Part shown: positions 26,114 to 35,947 of the stretch, piece after piece | Numbering within the stretch: the stretch's first letter is position 1 | How the letters are laid out: every line of letters begins with the position of its first letter | IMG/VR virus record: IMGVR_UViG_3300028608_000011 | Span: 1 to 64,000 of that record | DNA: 64,000 nt | From: a virus | Reading direction: 5' to 3' (one strand) | Position numbers and translations under genes: made by a program | The notes under the pieces: model-generated | Seen by the model: the letters and a program-made list of their open reading frames with translations, nothing else | Databases searched by the model: none | Told to the model about the DNA's origin: nothing

Positions 26114-29100
26114 CGGCTCAACAGAAAATCAGCTGGGAATCTCCGCACCAAAAGTGGCCTTCGGAGTCTTTGGCTTACCCGCAACCAGAGCTGATCAAAG
26201 GCGCTGGCGGCGGTGGCGGGGACACCGGGCAGGCCCACACCCCGGTGGAGGCCCCCAACACGCTGCAGAGCGTGATCAAGGGCCGTATCCTTGACCTGAT
26301 TGCCTACGGGCCGGTCTACGGCCTGGTGGACGGCCTGAAGTCCGTGTATCTGGACAAGACCCCGGTGATGAACGCTGACGGGTCGTACAACTTCTCCGGC
26401 TGCAAGCTGACCACACGGGAAGGCTACCCATGGCAGACGCCGATTGAAGGATTCCCCGCGGTAGAAACCACTTTCGAGATCAACTCCGAGGTGCTGTTCG
26501 CCACCCCCGTTATTCGCTCGGTCAGCAACAATAACGCGGACGCTGCCCTGGTGACCATTCAGGTCGCCGCGCTGTGGGAGCAGCAGACCAATGGTGACAC
26601 CGTCGGCTACAGGGTCGGCGTTGCGATCGACGTCAGAACCAACGGCGGTGCATGGAACACCATGGCTGCTGAGGAGATCGCGGGTAAAACTACCTCGCCA
26701 TTCCCGGTCACCTACCGCGTCCCCCTATATGGCGACGGCCCGTTTGATATCCGGGTGCGCCGCTACGCACCTGAGAGCACTGTCAACAACAAGCAGGACA
26801 AGATCACCTGGACGCTGCTGACTGAAGTGATCGACAAGCGTCTCAGCTATCCGAACATGGCCATGGTGGGGATCGAGATCGACTCCAAGCTGTTTGGGTC
26901 GTCGATCCCTGAGCGCAGCTATGACATGAAGCTGTCGATCATCAGCGTGCCAAGCAACTATGACCCCTTGACCCGGGTATACACCGGCATCTGGGATGGT
27001 ACGTTCAAGCAGGCTTGGTCAGACAACCCGGCGTGGTGCTACTACGACCTCGCCACGCATCCGGTGATCGGAGCGGGCCTTGGCGACGTTGATAAGTGGA
27101 TGATCTACCGCATCGGCCAATACTGCGACCAGCTTGTGCCGGACGGCTACGGCGGCATGGAGCCGCGATTCACCTGCAACACCGTGTTCGCTGAGCAGGA
27201 AGACGCCATTGTTGCGCTGAACACTTTCGCCAGCTGCTTCCGCGGCATGGCCTACTGGGGAACCAACACGATGGTGGCGGTGGCTGACATGCCTACCACC
27301 CCTGTGAAGATTGTCGGCCCTGCCAACGTCGTCGACGGTGACTTCGAATACACCGGCACCAGCCTGCGCGAGCGTCACTCAGTGGCTGTGGCAATGTGGA
27401 ACGACCCGGATGATGAAGGCCGGGCAATCCCGGAAGTTTACGAAGACCCGCTCAGCATCGAGATGTATGGCTGGAAGGAGACCCGGGTCACTGCGGTGGC
27501 TTGCAACTCTCGCGGCCAGGCACGCAGGCTGTGCAAGTGGATCCTCTACTCCGAGCGCCAAGAGACCCAGACGGTCAACTACAAGGCTACGCTTGACCAC
27601 GCGGATGTCCGCCCCGGCGACATCGTGGAGATCGGCGACCCCTACCATCAGGGGGCAAGGATGGTTGGCCGGGTCACGCTGCCTGGCAACAAAATCCTTC
27701 AGCTCGATGCGACTCCAGGCCCCGATATTCTGGCTATCACCCAGAACTGGTACCTCAGCGTCCAGATGCCGGATGGAACCATCCCGCGGATACCTGTCAG
27801 CTCGTTCAACGGCAATCAGGTGATTCTCAGCCTGACCTTGCCCGACACCCCCATTCCGGGCGCCATGTGGGCGCTAAGCGCCACGGCGCTGGAGCTGCCG
27901 CAGTTCCGTATTGTCAGCGTTACTGAGGACGACAGCGGTTCCTACTACAGCATCACCGCCACCGAGTACGACCCGCGCAAGTACGACATTGTCGAGCTGG
28001 ATCTGGTTCTGCCTGATCGCCCTACCAGCGCCCTTCCAACGGGGCCGATCGCGCCGCCACTGGATCTGTCCTTCCAGGCCTACACGTACTTTGCAGGGGC
28101 TACCCGTCACCAAGGGCTGATCATCAGCTGGACGCCACCGAAAGACGTCCGTGTGAACGAGTACATCCTCGATGTCATGGCACCAAATGACGGAGGGTTC
28201 CGCACGGCCTACGTCGGTTCTGGCACCTCTTTCGATTTGAAAGACGCCATGGGCGGAGAGTGGACTATTCGCGTGCGCTCTCTGGCATCGGGGATCCCGG
28301 GGCCGTGGGTGTCGAGAACTGTGCAGATCGCGATGCTGCTGATGCCTGTTCCTCCTGATTCGATCCTGGTTACCGAAGGCACGTTCTCGATCACACTGAC
28401 ACCCTCCAGTGCGTACCCTGACGCTCTGTGGGAATTCTGGCGCAGCGATGTGCCCCTGTCACAGGACATGATCGAGAGCAACGCCATCAAGTTGCCGATC
28501 GGCCAGTACCTGGTCGATACGCCGCTACGCGCCGGACGGACGTATTTCTACTATGTCCGCGGCACCAACCAGTACGGCAAGTCAGCCTGGTATGCGACTC
28601 AGGGCACCACCCTGATGGACTTCGATGACATCCTTGAGGCAGTGAAGGACGACATCCTGAACGGTGACCTCTATGAGGAGCTGAACAACATCATCGTGCC
28701 GATCGCTACCGACACTGCAACGGCCGTGGTAAACGAAGCCGTGGCTGACCTGCAGGAGCAGATCGACAACCTGCAGGACGCGCTGGCCTACGACAAGGAC
28801 AAGGACTATGTCAAAAACGCGGTAGTGCGAGAAGGCAGCGTGCTGTACCAATCCATCGCCGAGGTTCCGGCTGCCGCCGACGGCAGCAACGCCCCTCCAA
28901 ACCCGCTCTACTGGAAGTCGGTAGGCGAGATCCTCGAGGACGCCAACGGCCTGATCGTGCAGGTGCAGCAGAACACCACCGACATCATCAAGGTCGATGA
29001 CAAGCTGACCTACACGGCGTCCCAGTTGACCAGCCTGCAGGCTGCCTGGCGTGATGATGACGCGGAGGGTGACCTCGACTCTGCGATGGATGCCTACGAG

Positions 29101-30315
29101 AGCAAAGCGTTCTTCAACCAGCGCATCAAGGTGCTGGCGGAAGAAGATCTGGCCTTGGCCCAGCGCATCACTGACATGGGCGCCGAATTAACCGAGAACA
29201 TCAATGCCTCGCTGACCATCCTTGAGCAGACCATGGCTACGGCGGATGAGGCGCTGTCTCAGCGCATCATCGAGATGGAAGCTCAGTTCAACGAGGACAA
29301 TCAGGAAATCCACGCGGCCATTCAGGAAGAGCAAACCGCGCGGGCGAACGCTGACCAGGCGGAGGCTACGGCACGGCAGACGCTGACCACCGAATATAAC
29401 AACAACAAGGCGGTCGTGCAGCTGACCCTTAACGGCTTGGCCACGCAGGACGCAGCCTTTGCCAGCAGCATCAGTACGCTGCAGGCGGGGGTCGGTTCCA
29501 ACACCGCCTCGATCCAAGTGGTGCAGAATGCCCAAGCCAGCCTGAAGACCGGCCTTGAGGCGCTGTACGCGATCAAGCTACAGACCACCGTGGATGGCCG
29601 CACTTACGCTGCGGGTATGGGCATCAACATCACCACCAACGGCGGGATCACCCAGAGCCAGATCATCTTCCAGGCCGACCGGTTCGCACTGCTAAGCACC
29701 GCCAGCGGCATTGTCACGCTTCCGTTCTTTGTCGAGGGCAACAGCACCTTCATCACCAACGCCATGATCAAGGATGCTTCGATCGGCACTGCAAAAATCA
29801 CGGATGCGGCGATCACCAACGCCAAGATCCAGAACCTCGCGGTGGATGAGGCGAAGATCCAGAACCTGGCTGTGACTACCGCCAAGATCCGTGATTTGTC
29901 GGTGGAGACATTGAAGATCGCCGGTCGCGCCGTTACGCTGCCGCTGGGCTATTACGATGTAGGGACTGTTCAGGTTGGTGGTAGCTTGTCGGGGACTTAC
30001 TACGACCTGTCGGTCGTGTCGTGGAACGCATCTGGTTATGAGGTTACGGTAACCATCACCTGCCAATATGCCGCAAAAAGGGGTGAGATTGGCTGGAGGG
30101 TGCTGCTTAACGGAGGTGTTTATATAGCCGGCACTGTCGGTCAGAACACACAGGAAGACCAATATCGGGACAGCTTCTCTACCAGTTTTGTTGTTGCGCT
30201 TGGAGGGCCAGTTACAGTCCAGTTCCAGATGCGCCCGCCGTTAGTTAACGACGCCACCAACTACGGGATGGCTGTGTCCAACCGCTCGATGACCATCATG
30301 GAGACCAAACGATGA
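26110..30315 (+). CDS. central tail fibre / host specificity protein (lambda gpJ-like)
   Basis: WSDNPAWC, EPRFTCN, FN3-like region, coiled coil, FQADRFA, ITxAKI repeats. Confidence 0.93.
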   Translation: MTAQQKISWESPHQKWPSESLAYPQPELIKGAGGGGGDTGQAHTPVEAPNTLQSVIKGRILDLIAYGPVYGLVDGLKSVYLDKTPVMNADGSYNFSGCKLTTREGYPWQTPIEGFPAVETTFEINSEVLFATPVIRSVSNNNADAALVTIQVAALWEQQTNGDTVGYRVGVAIDVRTNGGAWNTMAAEEIAGKTTSPFPVTYRVPLYGDGPFDIRVRRYAPESTVNNKQDKITWTLLTEVIDKRLSYPNMAMVGIEIDSKLFGSSIPERSYDMKLSIISVPSNYDPLTRVYTGIWDGTFKQAWSDNPAWCYYDLATHPVIGAGLGDVDKWMIYRIGQYCDQLVPDGYGGMEPRFTCNTVFAEQEDAIVALNTFASCFRGMAYWGTNTMVAVADMPTTPVKIVGPANVVDGDFEYTGTSLRERHSVAVAMWNDPDDEGRAIPEVYEDPLSIEMYGWKETRVTAVACNSRGQARRLCKWILYSERQETQTVNYKATLDHADVRPGDIVEIGDPYHQGARMVGRVTLPGNKILQLDATPGPDILAITQNWYLSVQMPDGTIPRIPVSSFNGNQVILSLTLPDTPIPGAMWALSATALELPQFRIVSVTEDDSGSYYSITATEYDPRKYDIVELDLVLPDRPTSALPTGPIAPPLDLSFQAYTYFAGATRHQGLIISWTPPKDVRVNEYILDVMAPNDGGFRTAYVGSGTSFDLKDAMGGEWTIRVRSLASGIPGPWVSRTVQIAMLLMPVPPDSILVTEGTFSITLTPSSAYPDALWEFWRSDVPLSQDMIESNAIKLPIGQYLVDTPLRAGRTYFYYVRGTNQYGKSAWYATQGTTLMDFDDILEAVKDDILNGDLYEELNNIIVPIATDTATAVVNEAVADLQEQIDNLQDALAYDKDKDYVKNAVVREGSVLYQSIAEVPAAADGSNAPPNPLYWKSVGEILEDANGLIVQVQQNTTDIIKVDDKLTYTASQLTSLQAAWRDDDAEGDLDSAMDAYESKAFFNQRIKVLAEEDLALAQRITDMGAELTENINASLTILEQTMATADEALSQRIIEMEAQFNEDNQEIHAAIQEEQTARANADQAEATARQTLTTEYNNNKAVVQLTLNGLATQDAAFASSISTLQAGVGSNTASIQVVQNAQASLKTGLEALYAIKLQTTVDGRTYAAGMGINITTNGGITQSQIIFQADRFALLSTASGIVTLPFFVEGNSTFITNAMIKDASIGTAKITDAAITNAKIQNLAVDEAKIQNLAVTTAKIRDLSVETLKIAGRAVTLPLGYYDVGTVQVGGSLSGTYYDLSVVSWNASGYEVTVTITCQYAAKRGEIGWRVLLNGGVYIAGTVGQNTQEDQYRDSFSTSFVVALGGPVTVQFQMRPPLVNDATNYGMAVSNRSMTIMETKR

Positions 30316-30671
30316 TTTGTGTCAGCTACAACAAAGAAACTGGCGAGATCGGGGCAGTCGTTACTTACCCTCTTGCCGACTATGAGGAGAGATACCCCGG
30401 ATGGCTTTATCTCGGCAACACCGCTTTGGTCAACGCCAATTTCCATTATGTGGTCGATGGCAAGGTAGTCGACAGGCCTGTGCAGCCTATCGAGCTTGAA
30501 AACGGGGTTCTGCGAGGGGTAGCAAAAGGATCGAATATCTCAATCGAAGATCGCACGTACATCGCCGACGGCACCGACATTGAGCTGTCTTTCGGCCATA
30601 CCGGGCTGTTCACTATCGTGATCACCCTGTTCCCATTTCAGGAAACACGGGTCTACCACCATGAAACTTGA
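30312..30671 (+). CDS. tail-tip associated protein (hypothetical)
   Basis: ATGA overlap with J; 119 aa. Confidence 0.65.
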   Translation: MICVSYNKETGEIGAVVTYPLADYEERYPGWLYLGNTALVNANFHYVVDGKVVDRPVQPIELENGVLRGVAKGSNISIEDRTYIADGTDIELSFGHTGLFTIVITLFPFQETRVYHHET

Positions 30672-30843
30672 GCACAAATGTAACTACGACGAACGACGCG
30701 AAAAAGCGTATCCTTCCGTCACCGAGCAGCTGGACATGCTCTGGCATGGAATGAACAACGGCGAAGCCCCAAAGCTTGAGCCGTTCTACTCAGAGATCAA
30801 GGCCATCAAGGACAAGTTCCCGAAGCCGGCCGAGGAAGAGTGA
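30661..30843 (+). CDS. small tail-associated protein
   Basis: RREKAYPSVTEQLDMLWH...IKDKFPK motif typical of fibre-associated phage proteins. Confidence 0.7.
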   Translation: MKLEHKCNYDERREKAYPSVTEQLDMLWHGMNNGEAPKLEPFYSEIKAIKDKFPKPAEEE

Positions 30844-31106
30844 TGAAAGGACTTCTCGTTGTACTGGCTGCACTGGCGCTCACAGGATGTGCCTCGAACT
30901 GGAAGGACTACTCGGACGCCAACCACTGCCAAGCCACCGAGAAGACCACACGCAAAGCCGTGGCCAACAGCTTTTCCACTACCTCATACGCCGGCCCGGT
31001 GCCGATGAACGTGCCTGGCATGGATCTGCGCTACCAGCCTTACCGTCTGTACCACTGCAGCAATGGCCCGATCTGGGGGCCTATCACCACTGACTCAAAG
31101 GAATAA
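30843..31106 (+). CDS. lipoprotein, Cor-like superinfection exclusion candidate
   Basis: signal peptide with lipobox LTGC; two further Cys; between the J cluster and the side fibre gene. Confidence 0.65.
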   Translation: MKGLLVVLAALALTGCASNWKDYSDANHCQATEKTTRKAVANSFSTTSYAGPVPMNVPGMDLRYQPYRLYHCSNGPIWGPITTDSKE

Positions 31107-31109
31107 GCC

Positions 31110-33377
31110 ATGTGGTACAACGAAGGCACAGTATCGCTCGTGCAAGGCTCGGTAACCGTCATCGGCGTCGGCACTGATTTCGTTTCCAACAGCCGGTCTG
31201 CGGACATGTTCGTAGGCCCTGATGGGCGTATCTACGAAGTCGTGAACTACACCAACGAGAAGACCCTGGCCATCAAACCGGCCTACCTCGGCCCTTCTAT
31301 TTCGAACAGCCCTGATTTTTTCGTGGTACCTATTCAGGGCTACACGAAGTTGGCCGCAGACCGCCTGCACAAGATCACCTTGAGCATCGGCAACATCGAA
31401 GGCGACGTTGCAGCATCTGCGCAGAACGCCGCAGAGGCTAAGGCCGCGCGCGATGCCGCGGAAGCGTCTGAGGCCGCTGCCAAGATTTCTGAAGACAACG
31501 CCAAGGCTAGCGAGGCCGGTGTGGCGCAGTCCGCCGCATCAGCATTGAGCAGCAAGAACGCGGCTGCCAGCTCCGAATCGGTTGCCTCGACGAAGGCTGC
31601 CCAAGCCGCAGCGTCTCAGGCAGCAGCGCAAGACAGTGAAGAGGCCGCGGCAGCCTCTGCGCTCGCCGCACATAACAGCCAGGTATCCGCAGCCTCTTCT
31701 GAGGCGGTAGCAATCAGTAAAGCTACCATTGCCTCGGACAAGGCGGATATCGCCATCACCAAGGCAAACGAGGCCTCACTCTCGGCGTCTGATGCGCTGG
31801 ACAGCAAGAATGCCGCTGCCCAGTCGGAGACCAATGCCAACAATGACGCTATAGCGACATCAGCTGACCGTATTCAGGTTGCCAATGACAAGGCCGTAAC
31901 TACAGCGGCGCGTGATGAGGCGGTGGCTGCTGCAGCAACTGTTACCGGATCGGTTATCGACAAAGGCTACATCGACTTGTCCGGGGGCGCTTACCCAGCC
32001 AAGCCCGCTTTCTCAGCCTTCTGGAAAGTCACTGTTGGTGGCACCGTCGGCGGCGAGGAATACGGTATTGGCGACACGCTGGTGTACACCAAGCCACAAG
32101 ACACCTTTTACAAGATCGACAACACCGAGAGCGTCAGCTCGGTAGCCGGGTTCAAGGGCGCGGTTACCAAAGCTCAGCTCGGTATTGACCAGATCGACAA
32201 CACCCCAGATGCGGCCAAGCCTGTGAGTACACCGCAGGCTACCGCCCTGGCGCTAAAGGTAGCGATCGCTGATATCGTCGATAATCTGGCCAGCACTGCG
32301 GTAGATAAACCTCTATCCGCCAAGCAGGGCAAGGTGCTCTATGACATGGTGCAATCGAACAACACTACGATTGTTCGCTACACCTACTTCGCTACTGCGG
32401 GTCAAACCACTTTCACCGGCGCGGATGCCAATGGCAAGACGCTGTCTTACGTTCCAGGCATTCCACTTATCGTAACGCTTAACGGCGTTGATCTTGAGAT
32501 TACCGCGGATTACCTCGCTACGAGTGGATCGTCTTTGGTGCTGACAGAGGGCGCAGCGCTAGGAGAGCAGCTGACGATTACTACGTTTGGCGCTTTCTCG
32601 GTGGTAAACCACTATACAATCGCCCAAGAGGATGCCCTGTTTGCCCAGCGTTACTTGAAATCTGAAACAGACGCACTGCTAGCCAACAACTTGAACCTGG
32701 TGCCGCAAGGGTTCATTGAAGGGCTTCAATTGGTATGGAATAGTGGCACAAGTATTAGCGTCAGGGCTGGTAGTGCCTATATCCCATCTATTGGTAAGAG
32801 GGTCAGTTACGCTGGCGGAACTATAGCGCCTATCACAGTTCCCGTTATCAACACTTTCATACACCTGTATATCAATGCGGCGGGCGCCATTGTTCAATCA
32901 CTTACAGTGCCTGTGAAATATTACAACACCGCCTGGGCAATGACAGGGGATAACTCTAATCGCTATATAGGCAGTATGCTTATTTCCACCAACGCAGCGG
33001 GCGCTTATAAGTTCCGGCAGGATCTTACCAGTAACAAGCTGTGGTATATCCAAGCTAACCCTACTTCAGCTCCGTTCCGTGCCATTTCTTCACAAACAAC
33101 TCCTGCCACTGTCAGCCTGTCCTCAGTTGTTCCGGTTACGGGTGTAACAGTTTTGGGTGTTTTCCAAAACGCCGGGGCGCTCGGTAACATTGTGTACTTC
33201 ACCCCAGCTGACGCCGGAACTCCCGTGAGCGATACAGGCTGGATGATTTACTTGACGGGAGGGGCAGTGCAAAACGCAGAATGTCCGCTGTCCTCAGCCG
33301 GGGCTATTAGTATTGGGGGTAACGGAGCGTCATGGTCGGCTAACCTTTATTGCAACGGTTACCAATTCGAACGATAA
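31110..33377 (+). CDS. side tail fibre protein (Stf-like)
   Basis: MWYNEGTV N-terminus, Ala/Ser-rich repeats, DNTPDAAKPVST and LSAKQGK motifs, lower-GC C-terminal domain. Confidence 0.85.
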   Translation: MWYNEGTVSLVQGSVTVIGVGTDFVSNSRSADMFVGPDGRIYEVVNYTNEKTLAIKPAYLGPSISNSPDFFVVPIQGYTKLAADRLHKITLSIGNIEGDVAASAQNAAEAKAARDAAEASEAAAKISEDNAKASEAGVAQSAASALSSKNAAASSESVASTKAAQAAASQAAAQDSEEAAAASALAAHNSQVSAASSEAVAISKATIASDKADIAITKANEASLSASDALDSKNAAAQSETNANNDAIATSADRIQVANDKAVTTAARDEAVAAAATVTGSVIDKGYIDLSGGAYPAKPAFSAFWKVTVGGTVGGEEYGIGDTLVYTKPQDTFYKIDNTESVSSVAGFKGAVTKAQLGIDQIDNTPDAAKPVSTPQATALALKVAIADIVDNLASTAVDKPLSAKQGKVLYDMVQSNNTTIVRYTYFATAGQTTFTGADANGKTLSYVPGIPLIVTLNGVDLEITADYLATSGSSLVLTEGAALGEQLTITTFGAFSVVNHYTIAQEDALFAQRYLKSETDALLANNLNLVPQGFIEGLQLVWNSGTSISVRAGSAYIPSIGKRVSYAGGTIAPITVPVINTFIHLYINAAGAIVQSLTVPVKYYNTAWAMTGDNSNRYIGSMLISTNAAGAYKFRQDLTSNKLWYIQANPTSAPFRAISSQTTPATVSLSSVVPVTGVTVLGVFQNAGALGNIVYFTPADAGTPVSDTGWMIYLTGGAVQNAECPLSSAGAISIGGNGASWSANLYCNGYQFER

Positions 33378-33398
33378 ACAAAACGGAGAGTTACCGAG

Positions 33399-33824
33399 AT
33401 GGCTGACCAAAATAGCGATGTGAATGAAGCCGCTGAAGCCGCTGCGGAGATTACCAACGGGTACGCTGTTAATCAAAACGGCGGCTGGAGAGCAGTAACC
33501 TCTGACATGGAGCTGTTTGACGACGAGGTTTTCTACCAAGATGTCCCTCAATGGGCGTATGACAAGCAAGAGGCTGACCGCATAAAAGCGGAAAAGACCG
33601 CCGCAGAAAATTCATGGCGAGACCTTGAGATTGCCGCCATCGCTAATCAGCTGATGGCGATAGAGGAGGCGGAAGCTGCGGAGGAAGCCGGCGAAGAACC
33701 TCCGGCGGATCTACTGCCAGGCACGCGGACTCAGTGGCTGTCGTACCGCACCAAGGTTCGCGCCTGGAAGGAAGGCAATGTAAACTTCCCTGACGAAACC
33801 AAACGCCCAGTACGCCCTGAGTAA
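33399..33824 (+). CDS. tail fibre assembly chaperone
   Basis: WRD.E...WLSYRTKVRAW...FPD..KRP.RP motif. Confidence 0.75.
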   Translation: MADQNSDVNEAAEAAAEITNGYAVNQNGGWRAVTSDMELFDDEVFYQDVPQWAYDKQEADRIKAEKTAAENSWRDLEIAAIANQLMAIEEAEAAEEAGEEPPADLLPGTRTQWLSYRTKVRAWKEGNVNFPDETKRPVRPE

Positions 33825-33852
33825 GGGCGTCACCACCACCAAGGAGTAGGTA

Positions 33853-34608
33853 ATGGGATCAATCGCGCGGGCGCTTGCCAAACTCAGGAACCCCCTTACT
33901 GCCTCCATGGGTGGGGTCTCCCCTGGCTATATTGAAGGGCTGAATTACCGTTGGACAGCAGCTGAGCAAATCACTATCGATAGCGGTGCGGCTTGGTGCC
34001 CTTATACCTCTAACCCCCATGTGGTAGTGCTGGCATCACCTCTAGTTTTGAGTGTGCCAGTGGGTACCGCGTTATCTCGCACCAACCTTTGGCTTCACGA
34101 CGATAACGGCGTTCCAACAGTAGTATCTGATGATTTCAGCGTGTTAACGGACAACTATTTTGGAAGTGCTTTCCGCCACCCTACTAATAAAGGGTGGCGC
34201 TATATCGGCTCTCTTATGCGCAACAGCCTTGGAGGCCTTTTTGCCCAGGGGGCAGAGAATGGGGTGCACACCTACTACGCGCATATGGCTCAGGCGCCCT
34301 TCGAGGCGCTTAATACCACGGCACAAACAGCGGCCAGAACCGTAAACCTGAACTCGGTTATTCCAGCTTCTGCCATTTCTGTAATAGCCCAGTTAACCGC
34401 TTCTGCAGCCGTTCTTAGAGTTGCGGCCTCCAGCGCAACCGCTGCGGGTAACACAGTATCTAGCGGCTGGTATGTAGCCCTTGTGTTAAGTGGCGCATCA
34501 TCCGTAATTGACGTGCCTTTAGGCAGAGATCAGGCCATGCAGTACGCTAGCGATGCAGCTACGGGCACGCTAACAATGCGCTGCATCGGCTACCGATACA
34601 GGCGGTGA
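33853..34608 (+). CDS. second receptor-binding / fibre-tip protein, paralogue of the Stf C-terminus
   Basis: shares G(Y/F)IEGL, RYIGS, V.L.SV.P and C.GY motifs in order with 32703-33377. Confidence 0.7.
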   Translation: MGSIARALAKLRNPLTASMGGVSPGYIEGLNYRWTAAEQITIDSGAAWCPYTSNPHVVVLASPLVLSVPVGTALSRTNLWLHDDNGVPTVVSDDFSVLTDNYFGSAFRHPTNKGWRYIGSLMRNSLGGLFAQGAENGVHTYYAHMAQAPFEALNTTAQTAARTVNLNSVIPASAISVIAQLTASAAVLRVAASSATAAGNTVSSGWYVALVLSGASSVIDVPLGRDQAMQYASDAATGTLTMRCIGYRYRR

Positions 34609-34712
34609 GCAGCTTATGGATCCAACCTCCGACGGATGCCACTCTGCCTTCCTTGTGGGCACAGTGGCAAACGGCTATCCTGCGCGCACACGTTATAAGG
34701 AAATAGCCGCTG

Positions 34713-35108
34713 ATGACTACTGATCCAGCTTCGAGCACAGGATGGCTGACGGTATCTGCAGTCTACGTGTGGGCAGTTCTAGAGCAGCTGCACCCCGGCT
34801 CCGCAATGGGGGCTTCGTTCGGTTGCGTATTCTTCATTCTTCTCCCGGATCCTGTCGTTTCTTCCTGGTTCCTAAAACTTATTCGCAAAATCGGACTCAC
34901 AATCGTGTCCTGGGGTTTCGGCTACGCTGTCGGGATAGCCTTCTCCAGCAACAGTTCGATGTTGGTGGCAGTCATTGGGGCTGCGGTAGCGTCCGGGGTT
35001 CTCGGCGCCATCAATCTGATGGTCAAGAACGATGGCGATCTTCCGCAGTGGATGTCTTCACTGATTAACGCAATCCTACGGTTAAAGCGAGGCGGCGATG
35101 AGCAATGA
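34713..35108 (+). CDS. putative holin
   Basis: multiple transmembrane segments, charged C-terminus, first gene of the lysis cassette. Confidence 0.7.
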   Translation: MTTDPASSTGWLTVSAVYVWAVLEQLHPGSAMGASFGCVFFILLPDPVVSSWFLKLIRKIGLTIVSWGFGYAVGIAFSSNSSMLVAVIGAAVASGVLGAINLMVKNDGDLPQWMSSLINAILRLKRGGDEQ

Positions 35109-35415
35109 TCCTACTTACGGGGAAGTGCTTCTGAGCATTCGCATAGTTCTTCACATGATCACTTTTCTGTCGGTGATCGCTTACACCAGCGAACACCGCA
35201 CCCGGTGGTTCTCCAGCTTCCTGGCCTTCCTACTGGCCGGTACTTCTCTGGCCCTGGCCACACAGGGCTACTCCGGGTTCGCGAAGATCGCACCCAACTC
35301 CGAAATCTGGCTGGTGCTGTTCGTAGCAGTGGTCACGGTTCTGGTTGTCGCCAACGGCGGCAACGTCGCAAAAGTCTTGCACAACACCCGGAAGAGACTC
35401 CCCTATGGACGATAA
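35098..35415 (+). CDS. holin-family membrane protein
   Basis: three hydrophobic segments, GGNVA motif, basic tail. Confidence 0.7.
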   Translation: MSNDPTYGEVLLSIRIVLHMITFLSVIAYTSEHRTRWFSSFLAFLLAGTSLALATQGYSGFAKIAPNSEIWLVLFVAVVTVLVVANGGNVAKVLHNTRKRLPYGR

Positions 35416-35947
35416 AACGCTGGCGGCTGCGGCAGGCATTCCTTTGGCTCTCGCACAGAAGTGGGTAGAACCGATCAACGAGGCGTTGAAGTACGCTGAC
35501 ATCACTCTGGCCAGGTCGATCGCTTCGTTCATCGCCCAGACCGGGCATGAAAGCCTGGGCTTCTCGGTGACCAAGGAGATGGGCAGCGACAAATACCTGA
35601 GCAAGTACGACACCGGCAAGCTGGCTGCCAATCTCGGCAACACGCCAGAAGCCGACGGTGACGGTCAGCTGTACGCCGGCCGCGGCCTGATTCAGGTCAC
35701 GGGCAAGCGCAACTACGCCAAGTGTAGCCAGGCACTGTTCGGTGATGACCGCCTGCTACAGCATCCGGAGATCCTCGAGCAGCCAAAGTATGCCGCGCTG
35801 TCCGCAGCCTGGTACTGGAAGCTGAACAACCTGAACCGGCTCTCGAACGACATCATGGCCCAGACCAAGGCGATCAACGGTGGCTACAACGGCATCGAAG
35901 ACCGCAAGGAGCGGTTCGCGCGCGCGATGAAGGTGTTGGCCGCGTGA
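35405..35947 (+). CDS. endolysin, glycoside hydrolase family 19
   Basis: FIAQTGHES, GRGLIQVTGKRNY, SAAWYW, INGGYNG. Confidence 0.92.
   Translation: MDDKTLAAAAGIPLALAQKWVEPINEALKYADITLARSIASFIAQTGHESLGFSVTKEMGSDKYLSKYDTGKLAANLGNTPEADGDGQLYAGRGLIQVTGKRNYAKCSQALFGDDRLLQHPEILEQPKYAALSAAWYWKLNNLNRLSNDIMAQTKAINGGYNGIEDRKERFARAMKVLAA

Noticed and set aside
32703-34608. Diversity-generating retroelement or shufflon acting on the fibre genes
   Set aside because: No reverse transcriptase or invertase is present; the paralogues differ throughout rather than only at adenines.
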